Below, piece by piece: positions 10,358 to 20,173 of a stretch of 64,000 nt of DNA. Location of the stretch: NCBI GenBank assembly GCA_964640055.1, contig CAZXFH010000014.1, positions 1,853 to 65,852 of the forward strand, read 5' to 3'. This DNA comes from an uncultured bacterium. Lineage in GTDB: Bacteria > Fidelibacterota > UBA2242 > JAFGTP01. Numbering within the stretch: the first letter of the stretch is position 1; the number at the start of each line of letters is the position of its first letter. The position numbers and the translations under genes were made by a program. A model generated the notes under the pieces. That model searched no databases. It was not told the origin of the DNA and worked only from the letters and a program-made list of their open reading frames with translations.

Positions 10358-10537
10358 GTCACTGCCTGGCAGGTATCGATCAATATCAGTAGATCGGTTT
10401 ACAGGCTGCACATCAAAAATCGTCGCTTAATTTAAGTATCCCGAAGTAGACACGCAAAGAAAAAACTGAATGGTTTCCGAACATAAACTAATAATATTTT
10501 ATAGGAGCTGCGCTTCGGGTATGACAACACCGGATTT

Positions 10538-11452
10538 TTAATAGACTGAGGGAGATAAAAGACGGATTATGGCAGGCATAATCTCCTCGATACGCTTGAT
10601 CTTAGCCGGTATGATGGAGTTGGTCTTGTTCCAAACCATCAAGGGAACCGGATTATGGGTGTGGGTCTTGCAGGACAGATCCTCAATATTGCCATGGTCA
10701 CTGGACAGGATCACGGTCTGATCCGCTGCCAGCTGGGTTTCAATATGCTTCAGAAAGCGGTCCAGATTCAAGATTCCCTGCGCCAGGGCAGCCTGATCCT
10801 GTTTATGGCCCAGCTGGTCCAGAAACGGAATCTCGTACATCACAAAAGGATAGGTTCGTGATAATTTCAGCAGAATTGACGCCGCCTTTTCCGGCGTGAA
10901 TACAGGCACTTCAAAACCTTCCCGGCGCAGGAAATCATTGGTAATATCCGCAAAAACAGCCTCTTCCTGCCGGATATCCTCAATATACAGAAAATGGGGC
11001 TCCTTTTGGGCAAAAACCGCCCAGGTGGTGGCGGAATAAAAGCGTTGATCCCGCTTAAAATAGCACGCATGGTAGGCATTGGCAAACAGGGTGGGAATTC
11101 CCAGCGTTTCGAGCTGCTTGAAAATGCTGTGACGGCACAGTATTTTTTTTAAGCTGCTGGTGGGCATCCCGGTAATATGGCGCCCCACGGAGGGAATGGG
11201 ATTAATACCAGTGAACAGGGCCGTTTGTCCGGTAGCGCTTTGGGGTAACCCGGAAGCCAGTCCCAGACTGGCATCGATCTGCTGTAAATTAAAATAATCC
11301 GGCCGCTGACTAAACGGCTCTCCGTTCAGACAATTTAATATCTGCAAAGAATTACAGTGGCGGTGAAAGGGATTATGCACATGGGATTTACCAATCCCCA
11401 GACCATCGACAAAGATAAAAATTACTCGGCTGCGGGCCATCGCTCTTTCCAA
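10538..11452 (-). CDS. Alkaline-phosphatase-superfamily metalloenzyme (cofactor-independent phosphoglycerate mutase / phosphopentomutase-like); start probably at internal Met near 11443
   Basis: 304 aa. N-terminal 'VIFIFVDGLGIG' and C-terminal 'ILSSDHGN' are the metal-ligand motifs of the metalloenzyme/AP superfamily. Confidence 0.5.
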   Translation of the reverse strand: MERAMARSRVIFIFVDGLGIGKSHVHNPFHRHCNSLQILNCLNGEPFSQRPDYFNLQQIDASLGLASGLPQSATGQTALFTGINPIPSVGRHITGMPTSSLKKILCRHSIFKQLETLGIPTLFANAYHACYFKRDQRFYSATTWAVFAQKEPHFLYIEDIRQEEAVFADITNDFLRREGFEVPVFTPEKAASILLKLSRTYPFVMYEIPFLDQLGHKQDQAALAQGILNLDRFLKHIETQLAADQTVILSSDHGNIEDLSCKTHTHNPVPLMVWNKTNSIIPAKIKRIEEIMPAIIRLLSPSVY

Positions 11453-12579
11453 CGAATTAAGGTTAAGCTATCCCCCAGGGATTCGCCTAAAGTATATATA
11501 TCTAAAATGCCATCCCGGATAGTAATCACCTGATCAGTGGTATCCAGCAATCCGTTGGGATAGCCTTTTTGAGCGGACACCAGCGGACTGTTATCCTGGT
11601 AGAAAACACTTAGTTGCCGGTCCTTCAAGATCAGATCACCGACAGTATATACGGCGGCACTAAGCGCCACCGGACTTTCCCAGTTTATTAGATATTGACC
11701 TTCAACTAAAAAAACCTGGCGGGCATAATAATCTGTAATAGTAAAATCATTCAGCTGGGGCAGTGTAAATCGATTCAGATAAGGTGCCAGGGAGCGGCCG
11801 GCCAATTCAGCGGCACAGATGACAAAAGAGCGCATGTTGCCCCCGATCCAGTTAGGGGTCTGATGTTCGGACCAGGTATTATTCCAGCTGCCCGGATTGG
11901 CGATCACCGGTACATTGCGGAAAATTAACAAATTATCCACCAGCGGCTGCCCGCAATGTCCGGCAATACTGATCCGACAGACCTTGTTTGTCAGTCCTCC
12001 GTAATCCCCTTGCGGCACATAAAAACGACTCTCCATGGACGGGCTGGTGAGATACTGCTTGCTGTGGGCAAAAGCCACTTTTAACCAGATTGTCCCCGGA
12101 AAATATTTATCGTATCGGGATAATGAATGTAAGGCCACCTGCCAGCGGTCATTCCATTCCGGAATAAGTGTTTCCCGGTACTGAACCCTGGCCCAGGGTA
12201 ACAAATTGTGGTAATAGTTATAATAGAGTGTGTCCAGTCGTTTGGGTCGTATCACATACCAGCGTACCACGCTCTCATCCGGTAAAAATTCACCCGTGGT
12301 ACGCAAGGTATCTGCGTTGATTATTATTTGCTCAAAAGTGCTGTAATAGCGGCTATCCTTATCAGCAGCGGGCTGTGTTTTTAACACGATCCCCAGACGC
12401 ACATCGTGATGAGGCCGGTAGATGCAATGCTCTGCCACCGCCGGCTCGGCGGTATCTTCTTGACTATAAATATCCACGCTCCGGAATTGGAGCTGGGCCC
12501 TTAAAGCCGGCACCACCAGCAGGCATGCAAATAAGACCAGGCGCAAAGAATCTTTTTTAAAAAGGACGAAAAAATACAT
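11422..12579 (-). CDS. Hypothetical secreted protein (signal peptide), 385 aa
   Basis: Long ORF with an N-terminal hydrophobic signal sequence (LVLFACLLVVPALRAQ). No family recognised. Confidence 0.4.
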   Translation of the reverse strand: MYFFVLFKKDSLRLVLFACLLVVPALRAQLQFRSVDIYSQEDTAEPAVAEHCIYRPHHDVRLGIVLKTQPAADKDSRYYSTFEQIIINADTLRTTGEFLPDESVVRWYVIRPKRLDTLYYNYYHNLLPWARVQYRETLIPEWNDRWQVALHSLSRYDKYFPGTIWLKVAFAHSKQYLTSPSMESRFYVPQGDYGGLTNKVCRISIAGHCGQPLVDNLLIFRNVPVIANPGSWNNTWSEHQTPNWIGGNMRSFVICAAELAGRSLAPYLNRFTLPQLNDFTITDYYARQVFLVEGQYLINWESPVALSAAVYTVGDLILKDRQLSVFYQDNSPLVSAQKGYPNGLLDTTDQVITIRDGILDIYTLGESLGDSLTLIRWKERWPAAE

Positions 12580-12734
12580 GCTATCTTCACAATAATTAAC
12601 GGCTTGAATAGACAGCCATAAGGTCGCAGCTCAACCCAATTGAAAGCCGGTTTAAATCCATCCCAAATTTTATCAAGGGTCCTGTCCGGGCAAAATTGAG
12701 CTTCCAAACAAGTCTGCGATTTGTTAATTTAAAT

Positions 12735-12770
12735 AAAGAAAGTTATGTTTACAATCAATCTACAAATTAA
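12735..12770 (+). promoter_or_regulatory. Candidate FCB/Bacteroidetes-type sigma-A promoter for the P5C dehydrogenase gene (TTTG ... 20 nt ... TAtgTTTA)
   Basis: Reading the upstream region shows 'TTTGttaatttaaataaagaaagtTATGTTTAc'. This resembles the -33 TTTG / -7 TAnnTTTG consensus used by Bacteroidetes-type sigma A, consistent with the short rpoD-like gene in this window. Position and strength are uncertain. Confidence 0.25.
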
Positions 12771-12796
12771 ACCCCGAAATAAAAAAGAGGTGCTCT

Positions 12797-14428
12797 ATGA
12801 ATTTAGCCAAATTTACGCTGCCTGATCCGGTCAATGAACCGGTCAAGACCTATCGGGCCAATAGTCCGGAAAAACGGGAGTTGAAAGCCAAATTAAAGGA
12901 ACTGGCTGCGCAAAAGATCGAAATCCCGCTGATCATTGGTGGCCGGGAAGTCAAAACCGGTGATCTGGCGCAGGCCGTCATGCCTCATAACCATCAACAT
13001 GTACTGGCCGAATATCATAAAGCTGGTGAAAAAGAGGTATCCCAGGCCGTGGCAGCCTCCCAGGAAGCCTGGCAAAGCTGGTCAAAAATGCCCTGGTATG
13101 ACCGGGCGGCGATCTTCAGAAAAATGGCTGAATTACTCTCCGGCCCCTGGCGAGCGACCCTGAATGCAACCACCATGTTGAATCAGAGCAAAAATGCATT
13201 TCAGGCTGAGATCGACTCCGCTTGCGAATTGATTGATTTCTGGACTTTTAATACCAAATACATGGAAAAGATCTATGAACGGCAGCCCTTCTCCCCGAAA
13301 GGCATGTGGAACCGGGTTGAACAACGGCCACTGGAAGGCTTTGTCTTTGCCGTAACCCCTTTTAATTTCACCTCCATTGCCGGTAATCTACCCACCGCGC
13401 CGGCCATTATGGGCAATACGGTGCTCTGGAAGCCGGCTTCTTCAGCGGTATTCTCCGCTTATTATCTGATGCAGTTATTTAAAGCCGCTGGTTTACCAGA
13501 TGGCGTGATCAATTTCATTCCCGGCTCTGGCGCCCAGGTGGGACCGACCGTATTACAAAACCCCCAGCTGGCCGGTGTCCATTTCACGGGCAGTACCCAT
13601 ACTTTTCAAAATATGTGGAAAACCATTGGTGCCAATATTACCAACTACAAAACCTATCCCCGTATCGTAGGTGAAACCGGGGGTAAGGACTTTGTTTTCA
13701 TGCATGCGAGTGCTGACGTGGATGCCGTGGTCACCGCTCTGGTGCGGGCTGCTTATGAATACCAGGGCCAAAAATGTTCCGCTGCCTCCCGTGCTTATAT
13801 CCCCCGCTCCCAATGGCCGGAATTAAAAACAAAATTGCTCGATGAGATCAAATCCATTGAGGTAGGTGATGTCCAGAATTTCACCAACTTCATGAATGCG
13901 GTCATTGATAAAGCCGCTTTTGAGACTATTACCGATTATATCGAATATGTGAAAAAGGCTAACGACGCTGAAATTCTGATCGGTGGTGACTATGATGACA
14001 GCAAAGGCTATTTCATCGATCCCACGGTAGTTGTAACCAGTGATCCGCATTTCCGAACCATGGAAGAAGAGATTTTCGGACCGGTTCTGACCATCTATGT
14101 TTATGAAGATGACCAATATGTGGAAAATCTGAAACTATGCAATACCACCTCGCCCTATGCCTTAACCGGTTCCATCTTTGCCAATGAGCGCGCCGCCATC
14201 ATACAAGCTGACGAGATCCTGCTCAATGCCGCCGGCAATTTCTATATCAATGACAAACCCACAGCCGCAGTTGTGGGTCAGCAACCCTTTGGCGGCAGCC
14301 GGGCATCCGGAACCAATGATAAAGCCGGCGATATGATCAATCTGCTGCGCTGGGTTTCACCGCGCACACTGAAAGAAACCTTTGATCCGCCGACCGATTA
14401 CCGCTATCCCTTTATGGAAGAAAAGTAA
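12797..14428 (+). CDS. pruA: L-glutamate gamma-semialdehyde (1-pyrroline-5-carboxylate) dehydrogenase, aldehyde dehydrogenase family
   Basis: 543 aa. ALDH catalytic motifs are present (ETGGKDF, EYQGQKCSAASR; catalytic Cys in the QKCSA context). Length and N-terminal extension are typical of the approximately 540-aa P5CDH subgroup. Confidence 0.8.
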   Translation: MNLAKFTLPDPVNEPVKTYRANSPEKRELKAKLKELAAQKIEIPLIIGGREVKTGDLAQAVMPHNHQHVLAEYHKAGEKEVSQAVAASQEAWQSWSKMPWYDRAAIFRKMAELLSGPWRATLNATTMLNQSKNAFQAEIDSACELIDFWTFNTKYMEKIYERQPFSPKGMWNRVEQRPLEGFVFAVTPFNFTSIAGNLPTAPAIMGNTVLWKPASSAVFSAYYLMQLFKAAGLPDGVINFIPGSGAQVGPTVLQNPQLAGVHFTGSTHTFQNMWKTIGANITNYKTYPRIVGETGGKDFVFMHASADVDAVVTALVRAAYEYQGQKCSAASRAYIPRSQWPELKTKLLDEIKSIEVGDVQNFTNFMNAVIDKAAFETITDYIEYVKKANDAEILIGGDYDDSKGYFIDPTVVVTSDPHFRTMEEEIFGPVLTIYVYEDDQYVENLKLCNTTSPYALTGSIFANERAAIIQADEILLNAAGNFYINDKPTAAVVGQQPFGGSRASGTNDKAGDMINLLRWVSPRTLKETFDPPTDYRYPFMEEK

Positions 14429-14446
14429 AAAATCAGTTGAATCTGT

Positions 14447-14486
14447 AATAACCTCCCTGCGGATTGCCAATCCCGGGGAGGTTATT
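14447..14486. terminator. Bidirectional stem-loop between the convergent P5CDH and C69 peptidase genes
   Basis: 11-bp perfect inverted repeat AATAACCTCCC ... GGGAGGTTATT with a 17-nt loop. It lies 18 nt after the pruA stop and 2 nt after the peptidase stop. The adjacent U-tract is weak. Confidence 0.45.
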
Positions 14487-14487
14487 A

Positions 14488-15729
14488 TTATGGTAACAAC
14501 TTTATATCAAATAATTCCAGGTATTTTGTTTGCAGGTATTCGTCCATCCACTGGTAATGATTGCGGATTTCCCGTTTTGATAAGCATTGGTCAGCGGATA
14601 TTTTTATTAATTCTTCGGTAGCACGAAAGATCCTTTGTTCCAATGGCATTAATTTTTGCAAAATGCCATCTTGATTACCGTTGATCAAAACGGCAATATT
14701 GAGATAATCAAGGCCCGAGCCCCTTGCGACAGGATAGCATTGGTCTTTTAATTTAAGGGAAACATCAGAAAGAGGTGCTTTCTCACTGGCATCTGCGGTA
14801 AGGACCTGGGGTAAATCAACATCTTTTAACCAGACCGGCAGGGCCACGGAACAGAGCGGAAAGCCCAGCACGGTCCATATCATACCCTCATCCGCCGCTA
14901 TCTCCGGGTTAACACCATGGACTACAAAGGAGGCTGAGGAATAATAACGCGGAATATAATCCTGAAAATCCACGAATTGAGTCGTCTTAAAGAGGTATTT
15001 TTTATTTCCGTATGCTTGCCAGAGATCGGTCCCCGTATGGGTATTTCGCAAGCAGCGGGAGACTTTCGTGATGATAAAACGCGGGGTGATCTCATGGGCG
15101 GCCGCGGCTTGATAAAATAACTGATCCGCAGTCTGATAGCGGATATAGCCATAGCCCTCATCTTCAGTTCCGGAAAAGGAATAATTGGAACGGATCAAAT
15201 AGCCAAAAGGAGCCAGTTTGGAATCATTGGCATCATATTTTATCCAGTCGAAATGGCCGGTTTCAAAGTAAGCAGCACCCCCCTGAGCGTCGATCACCCC
15301 GAAATTGGCTTCCACACCCAATGGTTTAGGTAAGGCTTTAAGTAATTCTTCAAAGTCACTGACTGTAGAGCACTTTTGTAACGCTTTCTTCATGAGAAAA
15401 CCTTCCTGGTCCTTGAGCTCAATCGTATCACTCTGATTAATGTTATAGGAAGCTGAGTTCATGATCGCAAATCCGGCACTGTTATAGCCGGCCCAGACCT
15501 GCTCTCCCTTTACATCCTCGGCGTTGACCAGACCGATATAGTCATAATCACCATCAGTAAAGTACATCAGTTTGTTCTGCAGCTGGCCAGTATCCCGATG
15601 CTTGAAGAGAATGGGACGTCCGTCGGCGGTATACTTGCCGGAAACAATGGCCGTGGTACAGGGATAGAGCGCGCTGGTATAGAATAAAACAATCAACAAC
15701 CACTTAAACCATCTTCTTATATTGACCAT
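14488..15729 (-). CDS. Secreted Ntn-hydrolase / peptidase C69-like protein (N-terminal nucleophile Cys after signal peptide)
   Basis: 413 aa. A signal peptide is followed by 'CTTAIVSGKYTADGRPILFKHRD', which matches the Cys-nucleophile start of C69 dipeptidase / Ntn hydrolases. Confidence 0.5.
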   Translation of the reverse strand: MVNIRRWFKWLLIVLFYTSALYPCTTAIVSGKYTADGRPILFKHRDTGQLQNKLMYFTDGDYDYIGLVNAEDVKGEQVWAGYNSAGFAIMNSASYNINQSDTIELKDQEGFLMKKALQKCSTVSDFEELLKALPKPLGVEANFGVIDAQGGAAYFETGHFDWIKYDANDSKLAPFGYLIRSNYSFSGTEDEGYGYIRYQTADQLFYQAAAAHEITPRFIITKVSRCLRNTHTGTDLWQAYGNKKYLFKTTQFVDFQDYIPRYYSSASFVVHGVNPEIAADEGMIWTVLGFPLCSVALPVWLKDVDLPQVLTADASEKAPLSDVSLKLKDQCYPVARGSGLDYLNIAVLINGNQDGILQKLMPLEQRIFRATEELIKISADQCLSKREIRNHYQWMDEYLQTKYLELFDIKLLP

Positions 15730-16139
15730 TATAACTCCTTATCTTTTTAACAGTTAATATATAGATTTATTCGATAATTATGCATCTGTAATTGCCTGAC
15801 ACCGCTTAAAATTAAATGACCGGTCGCTAATTTTGAAGTCTTTTTTAATCAGCTCGCAAAGACGCCAAGTATTGATGAAATAATAAGTCACATTTTACTT
15901 CCTTTGCTATTTTCCTTAAATCTTCAAATCTCGTGTGTCTGTCAAATAAATAACAATCGTAGGCAATGACTTTCAGATCTGATGGGAATTCTATTCATTA
16001 ACCGCTGTAATTTCTTTTTCTGACTTCTTATTTCTCAATTCTTAGATATCTAATTATCGGATACTTATCTTTATGTAATCAATTATTTCTCTATACCCAA
16101 AAAGATAAATATTCTTTGCGCTCTTAGCATCTTCACGAG

Positions 16140-16230
16140 CAATAAAATTCTCCACCTCCTGTCACCACTACCCCTTATCCCTCTATAACCCTATACCCCT
16201 TATACCCCTATACCCTAATTATTTTGATAT
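16140..16230. repeat. Short imperfect tandem repeat, CCCTATA / CCCCTTATA units
   Basis: Direct reading shows 'ccccttatccctctataaccctataccccttatacccctataccctaa' in the 540-bp divergent intergenic region between the peptidase and NUDIX genes. Confidence 0.6.
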
Positions 16231-16271
16231 ATCCCAATCACTGCATAACTTAAAAACAACTAAAAAACTGA

Positions 16272-16745
16272 TTGGAAGGCCGCGCCATGCCAAAAAAAAG
16301 TGCCGGACTGCTCATGTATCGCTACCGTCAGGGAAATCCTGAGGTCTTGCTGGTCCATCCCGGGGGTCCTTATTGGAAAAATAAAGATGAAGGCGCTTGG
16401 ATGATCCCCAAGGGTGAATATCAATCCGATGAAAAGCCCATGGAAGCGGCCCAACGGGAATTCAAGGAGGAAACCGGGATCGCGCCGCTGGGTGAATTCC
16501 AGCCCTTACCGGAAATCACCCAGAAAGGCGGTAAAAAGGTCAAAGTCTGGTATTTCCAGGGGGATGCTGATGCGGACCAGATGCAGAGCAATACCTTTAC
16601 CCTGGAATGGCCGCCCGGCTCAGGCGAGAAAAAACAATTCCCGGAAGTAGATCGCGCCGCCTGGTTTGATCTGGAAACAGCTAAAGAAAAGATTCTGCCC
16701 AGTCAAAAGTCTGCACTGGAAAACTTCGAGAATCAAATAGTATAA
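16272..16745 (+). CDS. NUDIX hydrolase
   Basis: 157 aa. A canonical Nudix box is present (GEYQSDEKPMEAAQREFKEETG = GX5EX7REUXEEXGU). Confidence 0.85.
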   Translation: MEGRAMPKKSAGLLMYRYRQGNPEVLLVHPGGPYWKNKDEGAWMIPKGEYQSDEKPMEAAQREFKEETGIAPLGEFQPLPEITQKGGKKVKVWYFQGDADADQMQSNTFTLEWPPGSGEKKQFPEVDRAAWFDLETAKEKILPSQKSALENFENQIV

Positions 16746-16841
16746 ATTGAATCATTAAAATCTGAAGTGTAGCAATCAGCGGATCCGTTTGCTTTTCTAT
16801 CCCTCTAAAACGGACCAACTGGTCGTTGAATCTTATTCTGA

Positions 16842-17470
16842 TCATGTTTCAACCCAGGTTCTTTCGATCCAGACTTTCAGGTTGCCGTCCTGATCGCCGC
16901 CGGCAAAGCGGTTATTATCCGGGGCATAGGCACAGGCCCAGGGACTGGTAGCAAAGCTGTGATGCCATAGCTGACTGCCGTTACTCAGATCCCACAGGCG
17001 CAATTGATCATCCCGGTGAGTGGTCAGTAAATTGGCATCATCCCCACGCACATCCATGTCAGTTACCGCGCCGTTTCCCGGCAGAACTGTTCATTCCATC
17101 GGCCACTGCCAGGGCTTTCAGGGTATCACCCTGCATAAACAGGATGCGGGATCCATCATGGCTGAAACGGATCATGCTTCTAGTAAAATTCTGATAATCA
17201 ATTATTTCCCACAGCAGATTGTGACTGGGCGTACAAAATGAAACTACTGAGCAGAAGTCCGCTGATAATTCTTTTCAGTATTGTTAGCATAACCCCTCAA
17301 TATTTTGCTTTGTTTCAGTCATTGGGATCTATTTTGATCTGATATTGCTCACGTTCCGGTCTGGGCCTGAACCTGGCAAACAGCTGGCTCACATTAAAGC
17401 CGAAATCGCCGAAGGTTTGACTATTATAATTCAATTCCACCTGATCCCGGTTGTTAAACAGATCAGGAGT
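16842..17470 (-). pseudogene. Fragmented secreted WD40/beta-propeller (TolB-like) gene: signal peptide and propeller blades split over three or more reading frames
   Basis: Minus-strand translation gives 'MLTILKRIISGLLLSSFILYAQSQ' (signal peptide) then a stop. A second frame gives 'MIRFSHDGSRILFMQGDTLKALAVADG', and a third gives 'MDVRGDDANLLTTHRDDQLRLWDLSNGSQLW...GDQDGNLKVW'. A start-less fragment upstream ends '...QYQIKIDPND*'. Confidence 0.5.
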
Positions 17471-17649
17471 ATTAGGAAGATAATTTTATGCAAATAAATC
17501 TGTCCCTGGGAATAATCATTGCCCATAAAATAAGCCGCATGGATAAAAATCAAAAATAAAATATTAACCCGTTGCTTGAGACGTTAGGAGAATCCCTTAT
17601 CGCTATGCTCTACGTAGTGACATCTATCCTGACACCGTGCTCCCAACCT

Positions 17650-18276
17650 TTATCTTGTCGCTACGCTCGGCGTGGCGACACCTATCTCACCTTCATTCCC
17701 GTGCTCTCCTCCGGAACAGCAATCAAAATCCGCAAGTATACTCCGCAGATATTCAAAAAACCGGTTTCGGAGCTTTTCAATTTCTAAGGCTTCCCGGTAA
17801 TCCAGCTGTACCTGGTCCTGATGCTGATACCGCTCCGGAAGTACCTGAAGGACATAGGAGTTGATCTGTTGCTGCCAGAACCAATCCGCACAGCCGAATT
17901 GAATGTTTTGCGGATCAATAGCAGTGGTGGATTTTAATCGGTCCAGAAAATCTCTTCCGGTACCACAATTGGCGATACACACTGCAAGATAGGCAATCCG
18001 GTAGCTCACCTGTGCAATGTTTTCCGTAACCGGCCAGGAATCAAAATTGTAACGATCGGTTTGCCCGGGATAAATAAAATGACCGTAACAGCTCTGCAGC
18101 GTAAAGCAATCCGCTCGTTTGTTCAGATCTTTAATAATGGCGACGATCGGTTTATCGATCACCGTATCGGTCAACCTGGCCAGCCAGCGCTGTTTGTGGG
18201 CCTTAAAGTGCGGATTGGTTCTTAAGGCTTTGGCTTTGCTAAAGGTTTTCAAACAGGTGAACCCCTTCTCCGGCAA
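17650..18276 (-). CDS. Hypothetical protein, 208 aa, no recognised family
   Basis: Intact ORF with good coding appearance. Cys/His-rich in places (CFTLQSCYGHFIYPGQTD, CIANCGTG). Confidence 0.35.
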   Translation of the reverse strand: MPEKGFTCLKTFSKAKALRTNPHFKAHKQRWLARLTDTVIDKPIVAIIKDLNKRADCFTLQSCYGHFIYPGQTDRYNFDSWPVTENIAQVSYRIAYLAVCIANCGTGRDFLDRLKSTTAIDPQNIQFGCADWFWQQQINSYVLQVLPERYQHQDQVQLDYREALEIEKLRNRFFEYLRSILADFDCCSGGEHGNEGEIGVATPSVATR

Positions 18277-18279
18277 TCA

Positions 18280-19263
18280 TTATTTGAGCAGCTCGATATT
18301 ACGGAATTCCACTTTAAAGCCCCGATATCCGCACAGGATCTGCAGCAGCGCAATGCGGCTTGCCTGCGAGGACACATTGTCAAAATGGAGCTCAGCGGGT
18401 ACAGATGTCCCGGCAATGATTTTCTTGCGGGCGGCATCGTATTGACTGAGGCCCTTTATTTTGGTCAGTTGATCGCCATATTTAACAGCTGAGATCTCAT
18501 ATTCATTGCCCAGATTATCGAAAATTTTGGTCTTGTATTGCCAGCCATAGGTCACTTCAAATTCCTGATCATCCTCGGTGGTATTTTGTACCTGCAGATG
18601 GCAGATCACCTTGCGGTTGTTCAGGGTACACTTTTGTAGTTCGATCCGGAAGCCTGACTCCTCCACCACCTGAGTGGCGGGTTTCTGGGGCTGGGGTTCA
18701 GTTTTTGCCGATTCAGGCGCAACACCCGGTTTCGCTTTGATCTTACTGCGCATTAAATTCCGAACGACCTCGTTCTTCAGGATCTTGACCGAGGCCACAG
18801 AAAAGACCTGTCCGGTTTCAGTGGAAATCAGACGGGCATTGACTTTGACATGATTGCCAAGATCTGTAATTGTGCCGCTGGCAATGGCACCAATACCTAG
18901 AATTCTCCCCAATTCCTTGGCCGAGCTTTCGTCGATCATGCCGCTTAAAGTCAGACTATGTTCTGTCATCACCTTATTGAGCATATGGCGTTCAATGACT
19001 TCAAATTTGCTGGTACGGAAGAGATAGGTGATCAGTTCTTCGGACAAATAACGGCCGAATTTGGTGACATTCCCTTCCAGATCAGAAAATTCAATGACCG
19101 CGATTTTCGATTTTTCCTGCTGTAACAGGCTCAGTACAATTTGATCGGTCAATGCTTTGACCTGCGTATCCAGAGTTAAGGACTCTTCCTGGACACTCTG
19201 TCCACTGGGCGGAATACAAGCCACAGCAAAGATCAACAAGGACAATAAAACAATTTTCTGCAT
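18280..19263 (-). CDS. Lipoprotein with FlgO/CsgG/LpoB-like (TolB-N-terminal-like) domain
   Basis: 327 aa. It has a lipobox (FAVAC) and a domain pattern 'IAVIEFSDLEGN...GRYLSEELITYLF...FEVIERHMLNKVMTEHSLTLSGMIDESSAKELGRILGIGAIASGTITDLGNHVKVNARLISTETGQV' typical of CsgG/FlgO-like periplasmic ring-forming lipoproteins. A C-terminal beta-rich domain follows. Confidence 0.4.
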   Translation of the reverse strand: MQKIVLLSLLIFAVACIPPSGQSVQEESLTLDTQVKALTDQIVLSLLQQEKSKIAVIEFSDLEGNVTKFGRYLSEELITYLFRTSKFEVIERHMLNKVMTEHSLTLSGMIDESSAKELGRILGIGAIASGTITDLGNHVKVNARLISTETGQVFSVASVKILKNEVVRNLMRSKIKAKPGVAPESAKTEPQPQKPATQVVEESGFRIELQKCTLNNRKVICHLQVQNTTEDDQEFEVTYGWQYKTKIFDNLGNEYEISAVKYGDQLTKIKGLSQYDAARKKIIAGTSVPAELHFDNVSSQASRIALLQILCGYRGFKVEFRNIELLK

Positions 19264-19481
19264 GAAAATCCTCTCAATTTGTTAAATCATTTTAAAATAC
19301 AGGTTGAGATAAAGCAATATAAATAAACTAAGCAGCCCTAATTACTTCAACTGGACAGCCATCCGCTATCCGGTTGAATTTACTATGTAGGCAAAATTGA
19401 CACAAGCCAGATATTCATTCTTGTTTCGGAGCTCTGCATTGCATTAGGCTACGGAGCGGAGCCCCGTAGCCAGAGTGCCTG

Positions 19482-20097
19482 TTACTCTCGTTCCCGGGCT
19501 TCACTCATATTATGGGTGGTTAGAAAGACTGTCAGTCCTTTTTGATTTAAATCAGTCACAATTTGACGAATCAAGCGGGCACTCTGTACATCCAGACCAC
19601 TGGTGGGCTCATCAAGAAACAATATATCCGGCTGGGTTATTAAAGCGGCGCATATCATCAGTCTCTGCCGCAGTCCTTTGGAAAGTTCGCGGGCTTTCTG
19701 TTTTTCACGTTCTGTTAGTCCCAGGGCATTCAGTAAGTCCTTGGCAGTCCGGATACGCTGATGGCGACCAATACTGTATAATTCTGCTATCAGCATGATA
19801 GTCTGCCAGACAGAAAGATCGGGGTATACATTCGCTTCTTCAGGAACAGTGGCAATATGGGCCCTGGAAAGGAGTGTTTCGCTGCGAATATCATGTTGCT
19901 GAATGGTATATAGCCGTACCAGTCGTGGGATCGATCACACCGGTAAGCATATGCACTGTGGTGGTCTTGCCGGCACCGTTAGGCCCCAGAAACCCAAAGA
20001 CCTCGCCTGCGTGAATATCAAAACTCACATGATCCACGGCTGTCAGTTTACCAAATTTACGGGTCAGATCCTGAACTTTTATAATAGCTGCCGCCAT
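19482..20097 (-). pseudogene. ABC transporter ATP-binding protein (ABC-2 type), frameshifted at about 19895 and C-terminally truncated after the H-loop; no cognate permease adjacent
   Basis: One ORF carries Walker A (GPNGAGKTT). The downstream ORF, in another frame, carries Q-loop/signature/Walker B/H-loop motifs (LSKGLRQRLMICAALITQPDILFLDEPTSGLD ... TTHNM). My translation across 19880-19905 shows a single-nucleotide frame change. The product ends about 30-50 aa short. Confidence 0.6.
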
Positions 20098-20173
20098 GAT
20101 TTATTCTCCACTTTGCAGGTGTATATTAACCATTTAAAAATATCCTTGAGAACTGCTCAGCTGCGCAAGTCGA

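Noticed and set aside
19449-19475. Perfect 8-bp palindrome GGCTACGG-AGCGGAGCC-CCGTAGCC as a terminator
   Set aside because: It is not followed by a U-tract on either strand. It could be a protein-binding site or a weak terminator, but the evidence is insufficient to call it.
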